Origin: Felis catus
Taxonomy: Eukaryota
Reading direction: 5' to 3'
DNA length: 64,000 nucleotides
Assembly: GCF_018350175.1 (NCBI RefSeq)
Contig: NC_058381.1
Coordinates: forward strand, 58,280,001-58,344,000
The translations under genes and the position numbers were made by a program. Of this stretch, positions 39,031 to 50,015 are shown piece after piece. The notes under the pieces were generated by a model. That model was not told the DNA's origin. It ran no database searches and saw only the letters and a list, made by a program, of their open reading frames with translations. How positions within the stretch are numbered: position 1 is the stretch's first letter; the number at the start of each line of letters is the position of its first letter.

Positions 39031-39240
39031 GGGGGGGCCTGGGTGGCTCGGTAGGTTGAGCGTCCGACTCGGCTCAGGTCACGATCTCGCGGTTCGTGGG
39101 TTCGAGCCCCGCGTCGGGCTCTGTGCTGACAGCTCGGAACCTGGAGCCTGCCTCGGATTCTGTGTGTGTGTGTCTCTCTCTCTGCCCCTCCCTTGCTCGC
39201 TCTCTCTCTCAAAAATAAACATTCAAAAAAAAAAAAAAAA
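39031..39240 (+). mobile_element. CAN-SINE
   Basis: TSD aaaggccgttct on both sides. Confidence 0.93.
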
Positions 39241-39746
39241 GGCCGTTCTATTAGTGTTTTAAGTTCTCTGTAATTGAAAGTCTAAAACTCATCCTCTGTC
39301 TTCAGCGTGTTATGAACGAATTCTGTTCCAGAAGTGTTTCATGCCCACACGGCAGCCAGGAAACCACAATCCTTCCCCTGAGACACAACGTTAAAAACAG
39401 GGCCTGTGAGCTAGGCTAACTCACGACACGACAGAGGTTGGAGGTGCCGAGAGACCGTCTGGGCGCGCATTTTGTGTGCTCTATGAGTCTGCACCCCACG
39501 TGTCCTACCCCCGCAAGGTGGGTTCCCTGTAAAACCCGGGAGGGGAACCGCCGCTCTGGGGACAGAGACAACCCTCAAAGAACTGACATTCTTATTCTTC
39601 GTAGCTATTAGGTACTTCTTGTGTGGTGAGCCCTACGGGTGGGGAATCTTCTTTAATTCCAACGTTTTTGGTTCCACCAAAATACAAAGAAGATGACATT
39701 TTTAACTGCATAAAGGGGAAGAATAAACTTCTTTCTCATCTTTACG

Positions 39747-40196
39747 TGTGGTCAGCAGAATATCGGCCCCCAAAGATGTCGGTGACCTAATCACCAAAAC
39801 TGATGACTGTGTTACCCTAGGTGGCAAACGTGGGATTACCCCTGCGGAGTACCCCTGCTAAGCTGCACCGTCCCGGTGGGTCCAGTGTAATCACAAGGGT
39901 CCTGATAAGAAGGGGCAGAGGTCAGAGAGGAACGAGAAGAGGCTACCTGCTGGCTCTGAAGATGAAAGGCGCCCCCCCCCCGCAAGGAATTAAGGTGGCC
40001 TCTAGAAGCCGAAGGAAATGGATACTCCCCTAGAGCCCCCCAGAATGGGACACAGTCCTGCAAACACCTCGACAGCAGCCCAGCGAGACCCAAATGTGGG
40101 CTCGTGACCTCCAAAACGACACGAGCATAAATTTATGTTGTTCCGAGCCATCGAGTTTGTGCTAATCCGGTACAGCTGCCCCAGGACACCAATCCG
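39747..40196 (+). mobile_element. MLT1(D-like) solo LTR
   Basis: tgtggtcagcagaat...cccccaaagatgtc...gtaatcacaagggtcct...gcctctagaagc...ataaatttatgttg. Confidence 0.85.
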
Positions 40197-41483
40197 CCCG
40201 CTTCCATTTACCCCTTCCAAGCACAAATTCACCGCATGCCCGTTGGCAAAGCAGTGGCTGCATTAAAAGCAGCCAGACCGACAGCTTCCTGCCCCGCTTG
40301 GCGGGTCAGAACACTAGCAGAGGGCAAGAAGAAAGCCTGGCAGAACCCCGGGGTCCCACGCAGATTCAATGGCAAGAGAAGGAAGAGGAAATAGCAGCAG
40401 GCGAAGCTTCTCATGTGCAGAAAAGAGGAGGCAGGAGGGGCGGAAAGATCCTCTGAGGCCAGCCAGTGGGTGATCCCCCCCCCCCATCACAAAAAGGAGC
40501 GCACAGAAGGCTTCTCTTTGGAAGGTAACTCGGGGACGTCTGACGGTCGCCATCCCCAACGCGCTCCGGACTTGAGCTCCCAGTGGGTCTAGAGAGCAGC
40601 TGCACATTCCCCGGCGCGCGGCTCGGGGTCAAGTTGCGGGTCACAGGCCCCCCTCTTCCGCAGCCAACAGCTCCACAACGCCTTACTTGTAAATAAACAC
40701 AAGACACCAGACCTGCCTCCGCGACTGCCCCCGGACCGGCTCCAGCGAGCCGCACAAGCGCTGTAAATGGGGCTGCCTCCTGCGCGGCTACCAAAACCAC
40801 CCAAGTTCGCCCCTCGTCCTAGTTGCCAGTTCTTTCCGAAATTCCTCCCGAATACAATGTTACTCAATTCCCAAGGAACCTGTGGCGAGCCCCGCAGTTT
40901 CAGGCTGTTTGGAGGGGGGAATGCGCCGGCTGCCGGCCACCAGCGGTTCGGGGGGCCGGGGGGTGGTAAGGGTCGCAGGAGGGCAATGTGGGAACTGTCA
41001 AGTGGGACGCCGTGCAGGGCGATCCGTCCCCGCGCACCCGCGGGAACGCAAACTTGGGTGTTCCCGAAGCGCGGCCGGGCTTCGCGGGGGGCTGGCACAG
41101 CTCGCGGGGGGCCGGGGGCCGGCGGAGGGGCCGGAGCCCGCCCGACGGCGCCCGCTCCCCGCAGCCCGCCCGCAGCAGCGCCCCGGGGAAGCCTGTGCGC
41201 TCCGTGGCCGCCCATGTGTGCTCCTCGCCCGCGAACAAAGACGCGGACCCGGCACACAACTTGCGGACCCCAGAGAGGCCCGAAACTAGGGGGACGCGGC
41301 CCCCGCAGGAGACACCGCGCGACCCCGGCCTCCGGTCCCCGAACACCGCCGACCCCTGGGCTCCAGTCCCGCACCGCCGTCGCCGCGAAGCGCCAGCCGC
41401 CCGAGCAGCCGGAGGCGCCGGGCGGACACGGCAGGAAGCGCGGGAGGGGGCGCTTGCCCGGCCGCGCCGCGGGCCGTACTGAC

Positions 41484-41505
41484 CGTAGCTGTCGTCCTCC
41501 TCCAT
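41484..41505 (-). CDS. CYTH1: CYTH1 (cytohesin-1, Arf GEF) first coding exon: ATG GAG GAG GAC GAC AGC TAC G = MEEDDSY(V), phase 1
   Basis: Strong Kozak gcaccATGG and donor ACG|gtcagt inside a CpG island. Matches the cytohesin-1 N-terminus MEEDDSYVPSDL; the USP36-CYTH1 tandem order matches human 17q25.3. Confidence 0.93.
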
Positions 41506-41709
41506 GGTGCCGGCGCCGGGCTGCGCGCCGGGCCCCGCCGCTCGCCTCTCACGTCCCGCCGCGCCTGGCCCGGTGCGCCTCGGCCCGGCCCAGAGCCCCG
41601 CCCCCGGCCCGCGCCGCCGCCGCCGCCGCCGGCCCCTCGACTCCCGCGGGGGGCCCCGCCCCGCCCGCCACCCGCGCGCGCCCCGGCACGCGGCCGCCGC
41701 CCGCACGCG

Positions 41710-41973
41710 CCTGCGCACGCGCGTCCGCCCGGGGCCCGCCCCCCGAGCCCGAGACCCCGCCCGCCGCCCACGCGCGCGCGCATCCTCCCTCCCCTCCCTG
41801 CTCCGCACACGGCCAACTCCAGGCCCGCACCTGCGCACGCGCGGCCCCGGACCCCGCCCCCCCCCGAGACCCCGCCCGCCGCCCACACACCCACACGCGC
41901 GCGCGCACCCCCGGGCACGCCGCCAACTCCAGACCCGCGCCTGCGCACGCGCGCACGCCCGGGCCCCGCCCCC
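41710..41973. repeat. Imperfect 110-120 bp tandem repeat (~2.3 copies) in the CYTH1 promoter
   Basis: cctgcgcacgcgcg at 41710, 41830 and 41940; cgagaccccgcccgccgcccac and gccaactccag each occur twice. Confidence 0.85.
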
Positions 41974-43278
41974 TGGTCCCGAAGCCCCGCCCGGCCGCCT
42001 CCGCGGGCCCCGCCTGTTTCGGGTTTCGCAAGGGCGGCGCGGCGTGCCCAGCCCACAGCCGGCGGGCGGCCGCCCACACGCCCAAGGTCGCGTCCGGCCA
42101 CCGAAGGGAAGGTTGGTCCTCGTTGACGTCAGCCCCGAAGGTCATGCCCGCCTCAGCTTGCCAGGGAGGGCCGTGTCCTTGGCCAGAGGCTGCAGAGCAT
42201 TTGAATTCATTGATTTCTGTGGTCCAAACCTTAGCCCCATGCGTGCCATGACTTCACTGCTTTCATACATGCTTTTATTAGTCCTTTGAATTTTCCTGGA
42301 TCAGGTTTCAAAGGGAGGCACCTCACCCCCCAGCATTTCAGGATTTTCGTGCTCCTGATTCTTGCATCTGTAAATCCACACGTTTCTAGACTGTTCCCTA
42401 CGTGTTTTATTTGCCCGCACCAGGCTTAACCAGTCCCCTTCCCTTTGCTGTGCTGGGGCAGGGAAGCTCTGCACCTGAAAGTTGGGGACCTCTGCTATCA
42501 GGGTGCTGGGCTCCTTAACAGGTATCTGCTTGCATTAACCAGTGAGGGGATGGAAGAATGAGCTGGAAAGACCCTTGGAGAACAGTTTGTCCTGAGATCT
42601 CGCAGACAAAGAAACTGAAGCCCTAGGAGGTCCAGGACACACACAGGGCTGAGGCGAGGACCAGGCAGTGGCCCCTCTCCCGGACATCTCCCAACATTAC
42701 CATGCTAACCACCCCCCCCCCCACCTTACTGCGTTCCTACCCGACCCTTTATGATAATTGCTCACAAGACAGCAAAAGAATACAAGAAGGGATCAAGTGA
42801 GACACGAAGGCCGTTTCTCTGTGACAAAGAGGAAAATCTCAGGGCTGTGGAATGACAGCCCCAGAACTCAGGACTCCTCACCCAAACACCGTGCACTACC
42901 TCAGGACCTCCGTGGACATCCACGGACCTCTGGGGGTTTAGACAAGTCACAAGAGGGAGGTGAAGATAACTCTTCCTGTGGGCCGTCCTGTCCCCAGTGC
43001 AACCCCGTCCTGGCTGACTTTCCTGCTGGAACCGTTCCTTCCTGAGAGTGCCAGCTTGTCTACACTGATAGCTCACAACTTCTATGGACAGTTTCAGTGT
43101 TTTTTAATCCCCGGTGCCCTCCCTTGTCCACTTTGAAACACTCACCGGCAGATACAAATGCTGCGTGTAAATATACGTGTTGTTCTGTGCAAAACGATTT
43201 TTCTGGAAGGCTCCACAAAAGAAGTTAAAAGGAATAAACTGGGAGAAAGGGAGGTTGAGACTTTTTCATCCTTCTTTC

Positions 43279-43487
43279 ATTTTTAAGTTTATTTACTTAT
43301 TTTGAGAGAGAGCGAGAGAGAGCTCGCAAGCAGGAGGGGCAGAGAGAGGGAGAGGCAGAATCCCAAGCAGGCTCTGCACTGTCAGCACAGAGCTCCACGT
43401 GGGGCTAGAACTCACGAACCGTGAGATCATGACCGGTGCCGAAGCCAAGAGTTGGAGGCTTAACTGCCTGAGCCATCCAGGGGCCCC
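43279..43487 (-). mobile_element. CAN-SINE
   Basis: Head and T-rich tail. Confidence 0.88.
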
Positions 43488-45566
43488 GTGACCTACGTTT
43501 CACTCTATACTTTGTCATGGTCTTCCTGTGCCGTCTGGTCTTTTTACACCGTGTGAATGTATCATCGTTGTTAATTTAGAAAAATAAAGGAAAAAAATGC
43601 TACTTTTCTAGCCACTCCCAGATGCACGGGATCTTTCTTGGTTTAGTGCTAGTCATAAAAGTTACAGGACCCTCAGGGGCTTCGGGATCACTCGGTCACT
43701 CTGGCTGGTCCAAGCCCCTCCTGGTTTACAGATCATTGGACACCCAACACAGTGCGCTACACCTGGGGCTGCTGGAGGAGAGCTCGGCCTTGGCCAAGTT
43801 CCTGAATGCTCATGAACCTCTCTTGGAATAGCTCCATGGTGGGGGCGGGGGTGGGGGAAGTGTGACCCCTCCCGCCCGGCAGCCTATTTCATTACTGGCC
43901 AACCCTCAAGTATGCCTCCCAGGACTTCTCAATTGTTCTAGGCAACAAAGAAAAGTAATTTCCCCTTGAGGGAAAAGAAAGAAAGAATGAATGAGGAAAC
44001 TCTGGTGCTTTTATGTCAGATCTGCTTCTGATTAGCCCTGTGACCTGGGCAAGCCCCTCAACCCTCCAGACCCTTTCCTGCCCACAAAATGCAGCCTCTG
44101 CCTGTAAACATGCATTCTGCCCAGAACTGAGCTCTGAAGGGACAGGTCTGTCCCTGTCTTCCTCTCAACTTCTACACGGCTGGCTGACGTCACTTCTGTT
44201 AGAGGAGACGGATTTCAAGATAACAGCCTAAAGAACCCTAATCTTTACATCCTATCTGGGGGGCGGGGCTATAGCTCTGGCCCACTCTTCTAAGAGAATG
44301 GCTCCTTCCCGAACATCCCTCTTAATTTCACGAGCGGACCAACCCAGCCTTTGGTGGGGAACCTTAGTGTCTCCATTTCTTTAGGCACACCCCGCCCCCC
44401 AAGTGTTTCTTTCAAATGATTCCAGAAATTAGACACTTCTCTTGAATAGATTATGTTATCTTTCTCCTAAAAGGTTGATTCTGGTGGATTCAGGAGTTTC
44501 ATTTTCACTGATTTCGCCAGATGGTCTAGTTTTTAGAGGGGACTTTACAGCAGGGAGTCCTATTGGGGCCCTGGCGTGACCATGTCCTTTGGGTGTGTGT
44601 GCTCAGTGATTTGGCTGCGTGTTGTTTGTGTTGGCCTGGGCTTCGATGCTCCATCGACTGGCTTTGACCTGGTGATCTCCTTTCACCCTAGCGGAGCACC
44701 GAGACTCTCGCTGACATCCGTCCCCTCTGTGTCTTCTCCCTACCACTCTCTAGGCCAGAGTCACCAGGAGATTCAAGGCATTCCCAAGCTGGCTTTCTTC
44801 CCTTAACGGTACGATACGGGGGTCCCTTGCCACCTGAACTCTTGCTCGGTGACCAAACCTCGGGAAGAAAAGCCATTCAGATGACAGGTTAATTCTCACT
44901 CTCCACACGGAAATCGATCGTGGTCCCAACTCCCAAACGTTAGCCCGTTAGGATAATGAGGGGTACTGGTGTGAATGCTAATCATTGCAATTAGCATGGC
45001 ACTTGACTGTGTACAGGTTCGTTTACCTGACAAGGTTTTATTCCAGCAGGGGCTTTCAAATAGCAGGTCCCAACTCTCGACGGCGGAGGAACCAATCATC
45101 GTTAGATGAAAATGGACTAAAATCCAAAATCCGCATCTGTCACACGTAATAAAGATAGTTAGTGCTTGTTTCGGTCGGGTGTGAAGGCGTGCAAGGATGC
45201 GACATGTATTTCTGACTCAAAGTCACTGGCAAAGACGTTCCATTAGATCACGTTTGTGACTCACAGGGATCGCTTCGATGTTTGCCCTGAACCACAGATT
45301 TGGAAACTGAGGCTCACAGAGGCCGCGGTGCAGGGTGGGAGACACCAGGCCGGCTTCGCTAGCTGCTTGTGTCCTCAGCCCCTGGAGGGGAGAGAGCTGG
45401 AGGCAGGGAGAGCTGGGAGACACGGGACTCCACGGAGGACCTGGGACTCCCCCCCGTCTGCCCGTTGTAACCCAGGCCTCCGTCCTGCATTGCTGTTTCT
45501 TCAGACAACCTGGAATATATGCCTTTTCCCTGTGGTTGGTCCATAAAAGGTTTTTTATGCTAATGT

Positions 45567-45992
45567 TATTTTTTAAAGTGTATTTATTTAGAGAGAGACA
45601 GAGACAGCACAAGTAGGGAAGGGGCAGAGAGAGAGGGAGAGACAGAATCCTAAGGAGGCTCTGTGTTGTCAGTGCTGAGCCCAGCGTGGGGCTCGAACCC
45701 ACAGACGGTGAGATTAGAACCTGAGCTGAAACCAAGAGTCGGACGCCACGAACAACTTTTTAAATCGGGGGAATCTGGGTGGCTCAGTTGGTTAGACGTC
45801 CCACTCTTGGTTTCAGCTCAGGTCGTAATCTCAAGGCTTGTGGGTTCGAGCCCCATCTCGGGCTCTGTGCTGACAGCTCAGAGCCTGGATGGAGCTTGAT
45901 CCGGATTCTGTGTCTCCCTCTCTCTCTGCCCCTCCCCTGCTCATGCTGTCTCTTTCTCTCTCAAAAATAAACATTCAAAACATTTTTTTAAA
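45567..45992. mobile_element. Head-to-head pair of CAN-SINEs (45567-45748 minus strand, 5'-clipped; 45767-45992 plus strand)
   Basis: Two SINE bodies in opposite orientation ~20 bp apart. Confidence 0.88.
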
Positions 45993-46299
45993 AATCAGAA
46001 CTATGAAGGAAGGTTTTAAGCAAAAACTAATACTAATAATTTTTCTTGTGCTTACACTGTGGTGATTCAAACTTCTTCAGAAGCAATCTGTGTTCAACAG
46101 GGGGCAGGTTAATGTGTTATGGTGCTTTCGTTACAAAGGACCGTTCACAGGCTTTAAAGAGATTGAGGCCGGTTTCCGTATTCACCAGCGTGAGAGGATT
46201 CCCAAGCTGTAGGCAGTGAAAAAAGCAGGGACAGAACCGGAGCGTACATTCCCATTTGGAATAAAAATATTTACACACGTAGTAGACGTTTATACTTGT

Positions 46300-46450
46300 A
46301 TGTTCGGCCACCCGACAAATGTGTGTTGGGGGCCGGCGCCGTACCAGGCACTGTTCAAGGTGCTGGGGACACAGCCACGGAGAGAGTGGCAGGAAAGCCC
46401 TACCCTCGCGGAGTGCCCGGGCCATGCCTGCCTCTCGGAGAGCTCCTGCC
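46300..46450 (-). mobile_element. L2 3' end remnant
   Basis: ccaggcactgttcaaggtgctggggacacag...ccctaccctcgcggag. Confidence 0.65.
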
Positions 46451-46503
46451 AGAGACAGACGGGAGGAGTAGGAGAGACTCTTCATTACACATCCTCCCAT
46501 ATT

Positions 46504-46878
46504 GTTAGGGGTTGGAGTGGGGCCCCCAGAAAGGAACCTTGAAACCCTAGCCCCCAACACCGGTGAATTGTGATCTTATTTGCAAATAGGTTCTTTGCAG
46601 ATGGAATCAAGTTAAAACGGAGCCATTAGAGTGGCCCTGATCCAATGACTGGTGACTTTCTAAGAAAAGGAGATTAGGGCACAGACACACCCAGAGGAGG
46701 CAGATTGGAGGGTTGTGACCACAGACCAAGAGCCACTGGGGGCGTCAGAAGGAGTGCGGCTCAGCCCACACTTTCTGGTTTCAGGCGTCCAGAAGCATAT
46801 GGTGAGAGGGCATAAATTTCTGTTGTTTCAAGCCCTCCAATTTGTGGGGCTTTGTTATGGTAGGCCTGGGACATATAG
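46504..46878 (+). mobile_element. MLT1(B/C-like) solo LTR
   Basis: gtgatcttatttgcaaatagg...tttgcagatg...ccaatgactggtg...ataaatttctgttgtttcaagcc. Confidence 0.85.
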
Positions 46879-46948
46879 AGCTTTTAAATTATACATCATA
46901 TATACCAAAGGCCAAATATGTACCTATTTTATGTTTTATTGAAAACAA

Positions 46949-47445
46949 CTTTTTTAATGTTTCTTTTTGAGAGAGAGAGAGCGAGCGAGCGAGCAGGGGA
47001 GGGGCATAGAGAGAGGGAGACATAGAATCCGAAGCAGGCTCCAGGCTCTGAGCTGTCAGCACAGAGGCCGACGTGGGGCTCGAACTCACGAACGGCGAGA
47101 TCATGACCTGAGCTGAAGTCAGTCGCCCAACCAACTGAGCCACCCAGGTGCCCCTATTTATTTATTTATAGTAATTTAATTAATTAATTAATTTAGAGAG
47201 GGAGAGGGACAGAGAGAGAGAGAGGGAGAGAATCCCAAGCAGACTCCACACTGTCAATGCAGAACCTGATGTGGGGCTCGAACTTATGAACCATCAGATC
47301 ATGACCTGAGCTAAAGTCAGACATTCAACTGAGCCCCCCAGGTGCCCCTATACCTCTGTTAAAGTTTTAAGATAGAACTTTTAGGGGCGCATGGGTGGCT
47401 CGGTCAGTTGAGCATCTGACTTCGGTTTCAGGTCATGATCTCGTG
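46949..47445 (-). mobile_element. CAN-SINE cluster (46949-47154 minus, 47156-47348 minus, 47383-47445 plus-strand fragment)
   Basis: Three SINE heads. Confidence 0.88.
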
Positions 47446-48282
47446 TCCACCTGAGGCCAGAGTGGAAGGCAGGCAGGGGCTCTTCTAGAAAAGCCGATAC
47501 ACGCGAGCGGGAACGGTGTTGAGAAAGGCATTCGACCCGGCGTCCTCCATAAACCCAAGCCAGGGGACCGGGCAGCTGGCCTGCGAGGGGTTCTTCCCTG
47601 GCTCTCTGGTTCCACTCTCCCGGCAGGCGGGGCGCTGGGGAGGAAAGGGTGCTTCGCACACGTAAGAGACCACAGACCAGATCGCTCGTGCGGGCCGAGA
47701 TTGGGGCATTGTCTTGCTTTGAAAACCCCCAGATTTTATTTTGCTAAAGCTCGCAATTTCTTCTGTGTGAATGGCACTTAAAATCTGTTTGTAATGGAAC
47801 TTGATTGTATCCAGCTGTCACCAACTGTTCCCGTGCCGCCCAGAAGACAGCTGGCCACGTGCCACGCGATTCAGGCTCTCACTTCCAAGGGAGGGGTGGG
47901 GGGGCTCCAGTTCCCGCCAGACTTTGCCCCGATGATTTCGCTTGTGAAACAGAACAAAGCAAAGGGGGCCGCACAGGGGCTTGGGCTCAGGAAGCTGCCA
48001 CGTCAAAAAGGAGTGGCATTTGAAGCCAGTGATGTGGGCGGAGGGTGGGCGGCCCGTTTTCCGAGCACGGGCCACATGCACAGTCACGAGTGACGCTTCC
48101 TCAAGCGGCTTTTCCAGTGCACTCCCCTGACAAAGATTTCCGGGACCCTGCTCTGGCCAGTGACTGCTGGTCACCGGAAGCACGTGACTGTGGCCTCGTA
48201 AGACAGGAAACGGAATGATCAGCGTGAAAGAGGAGGAAGAGGTGTGTTAAAAAAAAATAAACACAGATCACTTCTTGATGAT

Positions 48283-48335
48283 TTTAGTTTTTAGACAGAG
48301 AGCGAGCGAGCGAGCACCTGCACCAGCAGGGGAGG

Positions 48336-48380
<45 letters not shown>

Positions 48381-48455
48381 TCCCAAGGAGGCTCCACGCT
48401 CAGTGCAGAGCCCGATGCGGGGCTTGATCCCACGACCCTGGGACCCGACCTGACC
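48283..48455 (-). mobile_element. 5'-truncated CAN-SINE with a (GA)n tract
   Basis: SINE body and T-rich tail. Confidence 0.8.
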
Positions 48456-49121
48456 TGACTCTTTTCCCAGCAGCAGCTGCTCCTGGAGGAGAGCCAGGCA
48501 GAGACTGTGTTGGAGGAAGCACGCCCGCCCAGCCCTGGGCCCCCGCGTGTTTTCCGAGGCCTTGACAGACGGCTGCCCCGAGGCCGTGCAGGTGCAGTCA
48601 GCGTTAGGGATTAGCCCAGAGGTGTGGGAAACCTCTGTAGGGGGCGATTGCCTAGGGTTTCCTGTCCTGAAAGATCGTCCTGGGGGCCAGGAGACCAGAG
48701 CAGGAAGCAGGCCCACGGGAGGTCGAGCTGGTTTGATTCTTGGGGCGGGGGGGGGGGGGGGGTCAGGACAAAAATGGGGATTCAAGCTTAGAGACGGGTG
48801 GCGGTGACGGGACGTTGGGGAGATGAGACTTCCGTTGCTGGAGTGTGTGGGGGTGACGGGAGGGAGGTGTGCAGGGGGGTGGCCACGTTTCCGGATTTGG
48901 CAACGGGGTAGGGGGTGAGCCCCCAGCCACGGAGGGGCCCGGGAGGAGCAGGACCCGCTAAGAGGAGGCAAACAAAAGACGGGCCAAGAACTCGCCAGAA
49001 GGACATCCAGAAAAAGACGTTCAGCAGGATTACATTGATCGGGCAGTGAGATGTATTGATCGGAGCCGACGGATTCTGGCTCCATTTAACGCGACAGCTT
49101 TAACATCTAAAGGACAGAAAA

Positions 49122-49313
49122 GGGGGCGCCTGGGTGGCTCAGTCGGTTGAGCGTCCGGCTTTGGCTCAGACCGTGATCTCACGGTTCGTGGGTTCGAGCC
49201 CCGCGTCAGGCTCACTGCTGTCCGCACAGAGCCGGCTTCAGATCCTATCTCCCCCTTGCTACCCCTCCCCCGCTTGCACTAAAATAAAACAATGATAAAA
49301 AATAAAAGAAAAA
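49122..49313 (+). mobile_element. CAN-SINE
   Basis: Head and A-rich tail. Confidence 0.88.
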
Positions 49314-49734
49314 GAACTCTTGGCGGGGGGCAGTGAACAGTGGCAAATACAGAAAAGGGCTTGTGGCAAATGCCCGTCACATTGGGGATGGGGCCGCTGA
49401 GTGGAGTAATGACAGCAGCACGCTGAGGACCTCGAGGAAGGAGCAGAGAGCAAGCGGAGGCTTGGCTGGGGGAGACGGTGGCTGGGGCGGACACAGAGAC
49501 AAGGGGTTTTAGGGTGGCAGACAAGTGAACAGGTCATGAGAGGAGGCAGACGGACCCCCAGAGGGTGGAAGAGGCTGGCCTCCAGAGCAAAGGCAGGGTA
49601 CCAGCCCTACCGAGGGAAGCGGGCGCATCTTCTGCCGTCTGTGGTCTGTGGCGGTCCCCACGGGTCAAGCATAAGTCTTCCCGTCTTCCGTCTACGCACC
49701 TGACTTCCTTCCCAAACTTCCCCTCGTGCCGGCC

Positions 49735-50015
49735 ACTCCATAGGACCACTGGATCGTATCCAGCACCCCCTGGGAGCGTTCGAGATGCGCGCTCTCAGCC
49801 CCCTCCCTGCCCCCGCCCGCTGAATCAGACTGTCGGGGGATGGGGCCCAGCAACGTGGGTGTCTGAACGACCCCCTGGTGATTCTGACGCGCGCTCACAT
49901 TTGAGGCCCGCTCGGGACCAGAATAAGCGCTTCTCGGCACTGGCCGCCCAGTAGCATGCAGGCAGAGGGGTCTTAAATGCCGACGCCCAAGCCTCGCTCC
50001 CGGGTTCCAGTTTCA
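49735..50015. mobile_element. MER5A-like hAT elements (one near-complete, one fragment)
   Basis: ctgaatcaga...tggggcccagcaa...ggtgattctgacgcgcgct...tttgag. Confidence 0.65.

Larger units (their letters stand above)
1..41483 (-). other. CYTH1: CYTH1 intron 1 (continues past the window start; exon 2 not found)
   Basis: No sequence encoding PSDLTAEERQELENIRRRKQ was seen; the region is repeat-rich. Confidence 0.8.
40400..42160. promoter_or_regulatory. CpG island / CYTH1 main promoter, with GC boxes, NRF1-like GCGCCTGCGC motifs and a full CRE (TGACGTCA, 42124-42131)
   Basis: Very high GC and CpG density around exon 1; motifs read directly. Confidence 0.9.

Noticed and set aside
40311-40329. CTCF-like CTAGCAGAGGGCA (and a similar motif near 55455)
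   Set aside because: Mismatches in the core and a GC-rich background make chance matches likely.
40767-42251. 494-aa plus-strand ORF and several overlapping 200-330 aa ORFs
   Set aside because: Pro/Ala/Arg/Gly low-complexity translations of a CpG island with few stop codons; several frames are open at once and no domain is recognisable.
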